A DNA stretch of 64,000 nt. Source: Ascidiella aspersa (taxonomy: Eukaryota). The notes beneath the pieces are model-generated. The model made no database searches and was not told where the DNA came from. It saw only the letters and a list, made by a program, of their open reading frames with translations. The position numbers and the translations under genes are program-made. Positions 57,201 through 64,000 of this stretch are shown one piece after another (the stretch's first letter is position 1; every line of letters starts with the position of its first letter). Location: positions 7,936,001 to 8,000,000 of the forward strand of contig OZ004615.1 in the NCBI GenBank assembly GCA_963924565.1, read 5' to 3'.

Positions 57201-59041
57201 GTGCAGACCTGTTGTTACTGGTGTTAATCATCACAACATTGTGATTGTTGGCCGGGGCGCACATCAAAGTAAACGCGTATGTGCCTTGTGCCTTGTCCCA
57301 ACACTGCGATATGAAATCACACTTGTAGAACAGAGCACTTGATACCTGTATTTGTTTAGCGCGATATGACGAAGTAAAAGTCAAATTTAAAGTGCAAAAT
57401 GTTGCCGCTATAACAATGAAGCCATACGTATCCTATTTTTGTTATAACCGTAAAAAGACAGTTGGATTCCATGAAAGGGGATAAAACGAAGTTTAAAATA
57501 ATACCACAATTGAACAACCTATACAGTTACTATAATTGTGTGGCGTTTGTACGTCTCGTAAACCAAAGCAAAAGCATCTCCCAGTGATATTTTCCAGAGA
57601 CATAAAAACGTAAATTCAAATTGTGTATTTTATCATCATTAAATCGTTTTGCTGTGGGGTTCAGATGGCTTTAAAAAAATCAGCTGTTTAATCTGGTTGC
57701 TACCATACTTAAACATATTGTTTCATGCCCTTTTGATCTTATTTAAAGTTGGTAAATAAACTTTCAAGTGGCAAATTTTCCGACGTAACTGCGCAACGCA
57801 TTTCATCGTATAACGACGCAAGAGAAACAGAAACACAATCAGTCGGCGAAAATTTCCGTTTACGCTTTACCATCAGTGTATGTCAAACAAAGTCGGCTTG
57901 TTTTTTAGTGGTCGCACAGATTTAGAGGGACGTCTCGAAACACCTGTGGGCGTAAATTCAACTGAGACATCGGTGCCAAATTTTACGAGCCACTTATAGT
58001 GAAGAGTATTCATTTATAGTTCATATTACGGCGGGCCTATATATGCGCAATAAATTTTCCGCTTTAATGTGCCATTTACTCCTGTGTAAAGTTTTTGTGC
58101 GCCAATGAAATAATGTAAGACACTTTCCCGTGACATCATTTTTAACGACGAAGTAACCAAGTAAATATTGTATTGTATGCAGAACCAGTAGCATCTGAAA
58201 GAAGGTTACGAATCGTTCGTTAATGCACCTGTTACTTTGGATATATACTAATTTACTTTTAAATAGCGTCTATCCACCAATCTTTCGATTAAATATAGTG
58301 TTGAATAACAGTTCGCCTATATATAGAGATATTTTAGGGACAAATATGCCGTAACGTGATATCCTGTTGAAGCGAGCATACCGTAGTGTAAACACAGTAA
58401 CATGTTACTATTGCTTGAATTCCTTTGAATATCGAGTTCTCGCGGGATATCGTATGGCCATATTTTGAAAGTACACATTATCCCATGCTAAAGAATGCTT
58501 TACTAAAAAATAAGGAGTACTTGAGAATCTAGTTGGTATGGATTGGAAAGACAAAGCATGATTTTCTTCAGACGCATAACCTTTGACAAACCGGCAGTTT
58601 CTACAACGATTAAACGTCCCGTTTAGGTGATTATTTCTCAGAAATTCAGGAAAACGGCCACGCCGACTTAACACGTTGTCGGATTTACGCAGTTCCATAT
58701 TTAAGGGCAGGAAAACGCGTTGCAGAATGTGCTCAACAAAATACATTTTTGACTGCACGTCTGCATTACGTATACCGAATCCCTGCCTTACCTTCCCCCG
58801 CAAGAATAAATCCGTCGCTGGACAACTCGATTTCGTCTCTGGGGATCAGCTGACAAATCGGCCTGCCGATGTCAGACTTTTCCAAGTTGTTGTTTTCGTT
58901 TTGAAGCAAAGGCGCCTTGTGGCCGTTGCATTCGGCCCGGTTTGTGGCCGTCCTTGTCGAATCACTGGCGTTCTGCTGCCGACTGCAGCCGCCACACGAA
59001 AGAAGCCAGCGCTTGCCCACACAAGACCAAGCGGTCGACAT
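104..59041 (-). CDS. Spliced gene (5' part, 18 coding exons, 3'-partial) for a multi-I-set-Ig cytoskeletal/muscle protein (titin / obscurin / long MLCK / SPEG-like)
   Basis: Exons in transcript order: 59041-58792, 56703-56559, 45618-45443, 43818-43679, 26069-25901, 25521-25379, 11976-11811, 8759-8483, 7868-7636, 6882-6460, 5953-5720, 4333-4153, 3717-3614, 3027-2891, 2277-2121, 1680-1490, 849-732, 277-104. All introns are GT-AG, all phases match, and the 3418-nt frame is open. It contains repeated P-x-F...C-x-V-x-G-x-P-x-P-x-V-x-W...D-x-G-x-Y-x-C-x-A-x-N I-set motifs. Exact orthology cannot be fixed without the 3' end. Confidence 0.85.
732..849 (-). CDS. Exon 17: C-part of Ig7 (GGVAKCTISPVTSSHSGHIKCTLHNAAGKASHEARIYVR)
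   Basis: Acceptor ttttccggcag|, phase-1 donor T|GTAAGT. Confidence 0.9.
1490..1680 (-). CDS. Exon 16: N-part of Ig7 (EKKPEKKSAPSAPPKFESPF...LQCVVCGNPEPEVKW...TITFE)
   Basis: Acceptor aacttttag|, phase-0 donor GAG|GTTCGT. Confidence 0.9.
2121..2277 (-). CDS. Exon 15: C-half of Ig6 (SLEPEDGIEISYHDGVAAL...DTGTYTCVAINSEG)
   Basis: Acceptor ttgctgcag|, donor AAG|GTGGGT. The ORF track shows this region in the wrong frame. Confidence 0.92.
2525..2835. mobile_element. MITE-like repeat rich in (CC)GATA/TATCGG motifs
   Basis: Opposed CCGATA and TATCGG motifs. Similar motif-rich pieces ending CATCCC(C)TA occur at about 9028-9125, 41400-41559 and 41735-41791. Confidence 0.4.
2891..3027 (-). CDS. Exon 14: N-half of Ig6 (ITPQFTAPLSDV...LRCMVTGIPEPTVRWMYDNE)
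   Basis: Acceptor tttcgtcatag|, phase-0 donor GAG|GTACGA. Confidence 0.92.
3181..3362. mobile_element. Family A insert with inverted (hairpin) arrangement
   Basis: 14-bp direct repeat AAGTTGCATTAACA at 3167-3180 and 3363-3376; inverted arms about 3194-3243 and 3274-3322, each with CCGAAACGTCGG; same TTGCCTGGTGGAGCTA 3' end as the 29 kb copy. Confidence 0.7.
3614..3717 (-). CDS. Exon 13: C-part of Ig5 (MVMQKVTTACSGQYMCSAMNPGGEDSVACRVRVK)
   Basis: Phase-2 acceptor ttttcccag|, phase-1 donor C|GTAAGT. Confidence 0.9.
4153..4333 (-). CDS. Exon 12: N-part of Ig5 (RPRFTKSLADVRVSEGDTLTLEAEIEGSPTPEILWSLDG…)
   Basis: Acceptor tttgtag|, phase-2 donor AA|GTAGGT. Not in the ORF track. Confidence 0.9.
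5720..5953 (-). CDS. Exon 11: Ig4 (EELLLQCEVTGEPEPELKWMRNG...HAGEYICKAVNEAG)
   Basis: Acceptor ttcctccag|, donor AAG|GTGAGC; phase 1-1. Confidence 0.93.
6235..6329. repeat. 48-bp tandem duplication
   Basis: TTCCAGCTTTCACGCC…AGAGCAGGTGA at 6235 and 6283. Confidence 0.95.
6460..6882 (-). CDS. Exon 10: long Ser-rich disordered linker plus A strand of Ig4 (…FVAPTFNRRLSSTQVLE)
   Basis: Acceptor ttctttgccgctcag|, donor AAG|GTAAGC; phase 1-1, 423 nt. Confidence 0.88.
7636..7868 (-). CDS. Exon 9: remainder of Ig3 (MCLKCTLLGHPKPTVTWEKNG...DAGKYTVTARNSLG)
   Basis: Acceptor ttgttccag|, donor CGG|GTGAGT; I-set motifs. Confidence 0.93.
8483..8759 (-). CDS. Exon 8: Ser-rich linker plus start of Ig3 (MSTSRGSSSS...PGFILRPRPQTAGVGE)
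   Basis: Acceptor catttcgcag|, phase-2 donor CT|GTAAGT; GC-rich. Confidence 0.88.
8850..9004. mobile_element. Family B hairpin insert with hammerhead core (Penelope-like)
   Basis: Long inverted repeat. Minus strand 8940-8899 reads GTTAA-CTGAAGA-T-(stem II, degenerate)-GAAAC-GTC-TTAAT. Second copy at 56986-57077. Confidence 0.65.
9547..9577. mobile_element. hAT MITE terminal fragment
   Basis: GGGTACGCGTACCCCAGTTTGAGAACCACCG resembles the right end of 38784-40115. A similar end lies at about 47596-47638. Confidence 0.55.
11811..11976 (-). CDS. Exon 7: C-half of Ig2 (DGKVVSATSRV...DGGLYSITASNHVGSDSCSAQLHLQ)
   Basis: Phase-0 acceptor ttctattgcag|, phase-1 donor AAG|GTTGGT; completes WKR-DGK. 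Confidence 0.9.
12206..12276. repeat. 40-bp-period tandem duplication with a downstream inverted copy
   Basis: AAACACTGGATAGGACATATTAGAAATCTGT at 12206 and 12246; imperfect inverse at about 12334-12357. Confidence 0.9.
13833..13867. repeat. Short tandem duplication (period 19)
   Basis: GTTCAGTAGATACTAA occurs twice. Confidence 0.85.
18589..18678 (-). CDS. Candidate alternative first (or cassette) exon MPDANGLGAAAEEFVGWPFEPVFWTSPASK
   Basis: ATG plus 30 open codons ending at a perfect AAG|GTAAGT donor in phase 0, matching the acceptor at 11976; lies in a GC-rich block. Confidence 0.45.
23567..23603. repeat. Short tandem duplication (period 21)
   Basis: TTAATCGACTGTTTAG occurs twice. Confidence 0.85.
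25170..25242. repeat. 39-bp-period tandem duplication
   Basis: AGTTTTAAGAGACCGCAAGTGTTTCATTTAAATA occurs twice. Confidence 0.92.
25379..25521 (-). CDS. Exon 6: N-half of Ig2 (KESSSAMGDRAPAFSQSL...FECKVEGRPKPTVIWKR)
   Basis: I-set motifs; acceptor ttttctgttgcag|, phase-0 donor AGG|GTGAGT. Confidence 0.92.
25901..26069 (-). CDS. Exon 5: C-half of Ig1 (GAVKLRESERV...DAGTYRCVANNSAGKASCSVELILT)
   Basis: DAGTYRC tyrosine-corner motif; phase-0 acceptor ttttccgctacag|, phase-1 donor CAG|GTTTGT. Not in the ORF track. Confidence 0.9.
28846..28854 (-). CDS. Candidate 9-nt microexon TCGTGCCAA (Ser-Cys-Gln) in the Ig1-splitting phase-0 intron
   Basis: Minus strand reads ctgtttattttccgtccttgcgttgttccatttcag|TCGTGCCAA|gtgagtc: strong pyrimidine tract, consensus donor, frame-preserving. 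Confidence 0.5.
29130..29304 (+). mobile_element. Short retro-insert with minimal hammerhead core (Penelope-like pLTR fragment), family A
   Basis: 13-bp direct repeat AAGTATTTTTGAG at 29117-29129 and 29305-29317; shares sequence with 3181-3362; contains CTGATGA…GAAACGTC. Confidence 0.65.
29185..29234 (+). ncRNA. Minimal type I hammerhead ribozyme motif
   Basis: CUGAUGA 29192-29198; imperfect stem II (cagc/gcug); GAAAC 29220-29224; GUC 29225-29227; loopless palindromic ACGU helix III; weak stem I with a C-A mismatch next to the core in this copy. Confidence 0.55.
32696..32906. mobile_element. MITE-like element with GACTTG subterminal repeats
   Basis: CAGTGTT…AACACTG termini with internal GACTT(G) repeats; related end at about 7541-7626; no TSD seen. 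Confidence 0.5.
38784..40115. mobile_element. hAT (Buster/Charlie-type) non-autonomous element, outer
   Basis: TIRs CAGTGATTCCCAAACT / AGTTTGGGAACCACTG; perfect 8-bp TSD CCTTACAC (38776-38783, 40116-40123); subterminal GGTACGCGTACC palindromes. Confidence 0.9.
38887..39686. mobile_element. hAT non-autonomous element nested in 38784-40115
   Basis: TIRs CAGTGGTTCTTAACC / GGTTAAGAACCGC(GAACCGC)TG; perfect TSD CTTTAACT (38879-38886, 39687-39694). Confidence 0.9.
40808..41300. repeat. Near-perfect tandem duplication, period about 247 bp
   Basis: ATGCCAATAAACAATCGCG starts at 40815 and 41062; the two units differ by only a few positions. Confidence 0.95.
42814..43124. mobile_element. Degenerate hAT-type MITE
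   Basis: CAGAGGTTCCCAATC … GATTAGAAGCCACTG termini; no intact TSD. Confidence 0.45.
43538..43575. repeat. Short tandem duplication (period 20)
   Basis: ATGGGCGAGGTTTGAAAT occurs twice. Confidence 0.85.
43679..43818 (-). CDS. Exon 4: N-half of Ig1 (EGDMSYRAQRTPQFTLKPQSKVAEEGKDVTFKCRLSTPLPSIDWFK)
   Basis: I-set A-C strand motifs; acceptor ttttgtccttatggcag|, phase-0 donor AAG|GTAAAT. Confidence 0.88.
44410..45066 (-). mobile_element. Older, diverged inverted copy of the 38887-39686 element
   Basis: For example TTACAACTGTGGA…GTTTGTCAAAAT…TCAAT(A/G)TGT at about 44745-44820 matches the reverse complement of about 39120-39192. Boundaries are approximate. Confidence 0.65.
45443..45618 (-). CDS. 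Exon 3: Ser-rich NDRNENRKNAEF...SLKRDSLASNTSSVASRLTSESDVFLPRGS
   Basis: Acceptor ttttcttctttatccccttaag| (alternative in-frame AG 9 nt downstream), donor CAG|GTAGGC; phase 2 to phase 1; GC-rich open frame. Confidence 0.72.
47541..47570. repeat. 10-bp minisatellite ACACCCCAGC, about 3 copies
   Basis: Directly visible in the sequence. Confidence 0.85.
50839..51096. mobile_element. hAT MITE (uninterrupted relative of 52750-53490)
   Basis: TIRs CAGTTGTTCCCAAACT / AGTTTGGGAATCACTG; TSD GTTAAACA/GATAAACA (7/8 match). Confidence 0.85.
52750..53490. mobile_element. hAT MITE, outer
   Basis: Degenerate TIRs; perfect TSD CTATAGGT (52742-52749, 53491-53498); internal identity with 50839-51096. Confidence 0.85.
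52898..53351. mobile_element. hAT MITE nested in 52750-53490
   Basis: TIRs CAGGGGTTTCCAACCT / AGGTTGGGAATCCCTG; perfect TSD ATATAGTG (52890-52897, 53352-53359); GTGGTACGCG repeats. Confidence 0.9.
56559..56703 (-). CDS. Exon 2: low-complexity SPIVANGVKSRVLKSNKSPQ...PRNSTPL
   Basis: Acceptor ttctctttataacacag|, phase-2 donor CC|GTGAGT. Only this frame is open; phases fit both neighbours. Confidence 0.65.
56986..57077 (-). mobile_element. Degenerate single-arm copy of family B
   Basis: Clear similarity to 8850-8940; retains CTGAAGA-T-GATAC…GTGTC but GAAAC is mutated. Confidence 0.65.
58792..59041 (-). CDS. Exon 1 (first coding exon): MSTAWSCVGKRWLLSCGGCSRQ...DGFILAGE
   Basis: ATG at 59041 in gaaacATGt context with an in-frame TAG just upstream. 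Phase-1 donor GAAG|GTAAGG matches the phase-1 acceptor at 56703. Confidence 0.6.
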
Positions 59042-59110
59042 GTTTCAAGTAACAGAGTAAAGCTACTTCTCCGCGTACACAGCTGAAATCAACCGGTAGA
59101 AAGTCAGTTG
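59042..59110 (-). promoter_or_regulatory. 3' splice (or trans-splice) acceptor 41 nt upstream of the start ATG
   Basis: ctgactttctaccggttgatttcag| at 59083/59082, with a branch-point-like CTGAC, followed by a 41-nt leader containing an in-frame stop. Confidence 0.45.
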
Positions 59111-61003
59111 AAATCCATAAATGCGGTGAAGTACAACAAACAGGTAACCCTGTAACCCTGTTTCTCAGCTAAATGCTACTAAGCTGTACAGAACAGACAA
59201 AACCTGTTTTTTCTGTATTTGGTTTATCTATAATTAATATACCAAGGCTTCTCAACTCGTGTTTGTCCGTGGCCCATTAGACCTATTCAGACAACTCGGT
59301 GGAAAATAAGAGACATATTCGCACAGCGAAATTTGATCGTTAACCACGCAGATAACATTAAAAGGGTAAAATATTTGTATAAGCAATTTGATTGCAATAA
59401 TCAGTCTTTTGGATCAATATCCAATTTTACTCCATATAGGTAATAAACTATAACTTGCATGGCTATCGTTTCGTTTGACTGTGCTTAAATTGTGCAACTT
59501 ATGTTTAAAGACGGTTAACAGCAAACTATTTAACACTTTAAGTCAACCAATCAAGATTTTAAACCATTCACCATATATGACTCACGCTAACTATAGGTAC
59601 GACAATATACACAATAACTCACATACTTGAACACACTTTATAACTCGATGATTGGGGTGTGTTCAGCCACCCACTATATAAAAGGAAGATTCAGTTTCTT
59701 ACAGGAACATTTAGCTGAACAATAATCACAAAGATGTAAATAAGTCTGAAAAGGAAATCGAGGAGACATTTGACGTTAATCTGCAATACTCAATGTCGTT
59801 TTTGGCCTATAACGACGCACTAGCCTATGCCTCGCATTGAAAGTGATTGAAACTTCCTTGAATGGCACGAACTTTCAATTAGAGAAAACTACTGTGTAAC
59901 CGAGACACGTCGGAGCAAAGTGACAGCCGTAAAAATCATGTTCAATTGAAAAACCTATAACGAATTTTGAACGGACGTGAGCGACACAGGTTTGGCATTC
60001 GAACATTCGCCAATGCGTCGTACAATAGTTGAGTTATTGAAATTGGAAATACACTATAGTTTTCAGTGAGTTATATACTTAGACCTCAACATTACTTACG
60101 GTCCTAAACCTCTAAAACTGTTCTGTGCAAATCTTCTCGAATAACTAATTGACAGCGGATTCGTCTAACATTTAGATTTAAGCCAATTAGCCTTCCACTT
60201 GAAGATACGGCCATTTCCTCAAGCACTCAAGTAGCTTGAGTACTAAAATAATACGCGCAGTCGGCGACGCAATCGAAGGATTTCAAAATAAATTACGTCA
60301 AGTTCAACGGTAAGCCATGCCTCTTTTTAACAGCAATGTCATACAACTGTACTAGAAAGCAATGATTTTAAGGACGGCGGTAAAATGTAAAAAGATTCCT
60401 GCATTTGCGGCAAAGAATCTATTTTAAGATTTGTCCAAACAAATGAATGAATGTTTGTTCAAGTTGGTAAACTTCATTGTCCCAGTACGTTTAAAGCTGC
60501 TATTTGTCGTAAATTTCTTCCTGACATTAAACTCTGAAGATATTTCAAACAACTAAGCAAAACCTAAAGACAAGGTGACAGAAATATATATTCCATTAAA
60601 AATCGACAGCTGATTTGGTAGTAAAAGAGAGACTGTACAAACTTTCATGACGTAACTAGCAAACATGTCTGGAAAGTCTATAGTGCGCATTTTCGTAAAT
60701 CTCAAGCGGACGTCAATCTTCGAAAATCGCGGGACCCAAACAATACAAACTTGCCCTAACCTGATCCCTGGGCACACTGGCGGAAAAATCCGGCAGACTT
60801 ATTTTGCGCGTAATTGCGGTTCCGTAAGGCCTAGGCATAACGATGTGGTCTCGACTTTGGCCGACAAAACCTGCAGAACATAATACACGCGCGTATATGG
60901 CATACCAAGCCCTGACCTTTACGAGGCTATTTACCTGGTTCGTCAAATGTTTCTTTTCGGCGAAACGCTCCTGGTCGGTACCGTGTAAAAAACGAATGGG
61001 ATG

Positions 61004-61368
61004 CGATTTTAGAAAGTGACAGGTATAGGTAACTATCCGAACTATGCATCAAGTCATAGAATGCTGTTTTTCGCAATGGCTGTTAGGTAAACCTAGCTTT
61101 GGACTGCAACATATCACAAACCCTGATCGCTGTATTATCTCACCAATAACGGCAGCATGGCGTATTGAAAGCCACAAATGCTCCACAGACACGATTTTAG
61201 AAAAGTGACAGGTATAGCCAGCTATCCGAACTGTGCATCAAGTCATAGAATGCTGTTTTTCGCAATGGCTGTTAGGTGAACCTAGCTTTGGACTGCAACA
61301 TATCACAAACCCTGATCGCTGTATTATCTCACCAATAGCGGCGGCTTGGCGCATTGAAAAGCCACAAA
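61004..61368. repeat. Tandem duplication, period about 188-190 bp
   Basis: CGATTTTAGAAA(A)GTGACAGGTATAG…GCCACAAA at 61004 and 61192. Confidence 0.93.
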
Positions 61369-64000
61369 AAGCGCAACAGACACCGGGAACCAACAAAGGC
61401 AAAGTTGGCCGCCTTTACAACTCGCCGATACAGCTACTACAATCCGACCGGCGTTGTCGCAACACTCGAAACGCGCAAAAACAAACTTTCTCTTGGAGGC
61501 TCGAAACGCAAACACCGAGAAGCATAGTGGTCTGGTCTGGCCGGCGCGTTCGGGTTTCGTCGGCCAGAGACTAAGAAAATTTCAGGGTCGCTAAGCCCTG
61601 TGAGATCACAAGACATGAACACCACAACTTGGGCGTTCGGTTTAAGGTTTACAGGAGGGACGCTAGAAAAAGCTAAAAGTTTATACCAAAAGCACAGCTA
61701 TCGTTGCAAAATTAGAGCATTGCAACCTGTATTGGAAGTAATAACGACCTTATAAAAATGAATTAATGTCAACGCTGTTGGAAAAAAATATAGCACTCGA
61801 AAATTGTAAAGGTTATTTTTGTTATAACGCAGCAATCCCAGTGATAAAAAACAATAGGTGTAAACCAAAAAGCTTTTCTGTTTTGAACAACGAAAAAATT
61901 TGCAATACCTTTCCTATCAGGAATTTCAACTGGAAGAAAAAGCAGGTTTTAGTCATGTCGTTGAAATCTAAGTGGTTGGGAAAATCACAATTAGTGCTAA
62001 CCAAAGAACTTTGCCGTTTTCACTAACGAAAGACTTTGCGCTACCTTCTATACAAGGGGTTTATCGGATGAAAAAAAACAACAAAAAATTATCTCCGCAC
62101 GCTGTGTAGTACCTTAGTAAATTATATTATGGTAAACAAGGTAACTTATCTTTTTCAGTTCTAATAGTTGGCAAAAGCAGCAACAGGTTATTTTCCCGCT
62201 TAGTTTTTAAATATGACATGAATGTTACCCTGAATCAACATTACATAGGATTGTTGACGTAAAGCAATCCGTAAGCTCGAATCGACTTTAAATAAGTGAA
62301 TTTTTTCAATCATTTCTTTGCTTTGTTGTAGTGCTTCCAAGTTTGTTCTATTCAAGTTTTGTTAACGTTTTTAAAAACACTTCTCCGCACTTACCACACT
62401 ATTGCAAAATTATTAAGTTAATCATGCGAATAGACTTTGCCTTAAAAGGCTGCAGAGGGGTAAATTGAAAAAAAGGTTGGGAACTCTTGTTCTTCACACT
62501 CTTTGTTTTTTGCTGCGATGAAAAGGCCAATTGCCATGGCCCACTCCCCCCTCTGTCTCGACCGCTCGCTCGCTTACGGTAACCTGAGACTCTATTTGCT
62601 TTGGTTAAGGACCGAAGAGATACTTCAATTTTTTATTGTACGCCGTTCGCACACCCGGGTGGTCTCGCATACTTGCAGTTGAACCTATTTTGAACCGGCA
62701 ATAAGTGTCAAGGAATAACGGCAGTATGTTTTTTGAATAACTTAACAAATATGCAATGATAATTCTTTTCAATGTGTAGTCATTTAATATTAAATCCGAT
62801 TGGTTTTTGTTACTATACACACAACATATATACGAGCACCGATTAGAATAATTCTAAGGTGGTTTACAAAGTTTGAGGATTTCTAATTAACGAATATACA
62901 GCAAGGAAAACGGGTTACACAGCTGCAACGTCACATGCTGGCAAAACCACTCCAACGAAAAGTTGCGAAACAATAAACTGTATTAAAAAACTATGGTTTT
63001 AAAGTCAGAATGAAAAACAATGGTTTTAAAGTCGATGAAGAAAGGTGCGCTTGTGTAATTAAGTTCCCAGGATCGGTTTGTCTCGGGTAAGCCGCCACGC
63101 GCGAACGGGTGCAGAAACGGCGGAACGAAAAAGTGAAAACACATAAAAGTTGCGCGAGAGACTTGGTTTGTTTTAGCTGCGTCCGGTTCCCACGTGTTGA
63201 TGTGTCACTTGGGGATGGGACACCGATAACAGTTGCCCTATTGTATACAACGGCTTTCGTGTTTCATTGGGACGCTTTTGCTTCTTGAGAAGCGGCAATG
63301 TTACTCAAGCTTTTAGTGTATTTTTAGCCTCTTTATGGACGCTGTTAAGGGTAAAACCTTGCGTCATTTTACCCGAAATACTATAAACATTTCGATTCGT
63401 AAACTTGGTTTGTTCCTATTGTCTGCCTGTGAAGTGTTCTTAGTCTAATCTAACTATTTTTACATCTGAATAAGTACCGACGAGGGCGACATGTGCTCTT
63501 AAATTCTTTATTTCACTCTGTATAGCCTTAATGCCCCACTACTGTTCGAAAAGGGATTTAGGACACAATAGCGCATATGAGTCTAGAAATAGTTACGTTG
63601 TCATAAATAACCGTGAAATTGTAATGGATACAATTCACACGTAAAAATAGAATGGAAGAACCACTGGTTAAAATCTTCCAAAACTACACAGCAGGTAGAT
63701 ACAACATACAGGTATTGTTGTCACTGATTCTAATACTATGGAATATCAAAAGGCGGATTTAAAATGGTATATAAAGGTGCTAAACCTGAAAGCTAAATAG
63801 GCAGTCATGGCCTCATTTCAGATATTTAGATATTTACAATAACATCTTTCAACCGCGTATAGTTATTTAGAAAAAGTCGCACTCGATTTTTTTTTATTAA
63901 ACACAAATTAATAAGCCATTTAATTAGTCAATATAATACACAAAATGGTCTGTTGAGTTCATTCAATTCCCGACGCCATGATGGAAACGCAAATTGCATT

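Noticed and set aside
990-62820. Most ORF-track entries (e.g. 19055-19699, 29691-30131, 37599-38039, 4724-5062)
   Set aside because: Many start at non-ATG codons, have no recognisable domains or splice support, or are antisense/shifted shadows of real exons.

Overview
This is eukaryotic, AT-rich animal DNA; a marine invertebrate or tunicate origin is plausible but cannot be proven from the sequence. Almost all ORF-track entries are spurious. The window is dominated by the 5' part of one minus-strand spliced gene. I reconstructed 18 phase-compatible GT-AG coding exons by hand, from ATG 59041 to position 104 (3418 nt, about 1139 codons), and the gene continues off the left edge. The protein has a Cys-containing N-terminus, a low-complexity Ser/Pro region and at least 8 I-set immunoglobulin domains with two Ser-rich linkers. 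This is titin/obscurin/long-MLCK/SPEG-like architecture; no kinase domain lies in the window. The very large 5' introns (13.4, 17.6 and 10.9 kb) contain a candidate 9-nt frame-preserving microexon with a UGC-containing pyrimidine tract and a candidate alternative first/cassette exon. Across the introns there are also two families (possibly three) of short retro-inserts with minimal hammerhead ribozyme cores (Penelope-like signature), two independent hAT-MITE-inside-hAT-MITE nests with perfect 8-bp TSDs, and many local tandem duplications. No rRNA, tRNA, CRISPR array or transposase ORF was recognised.
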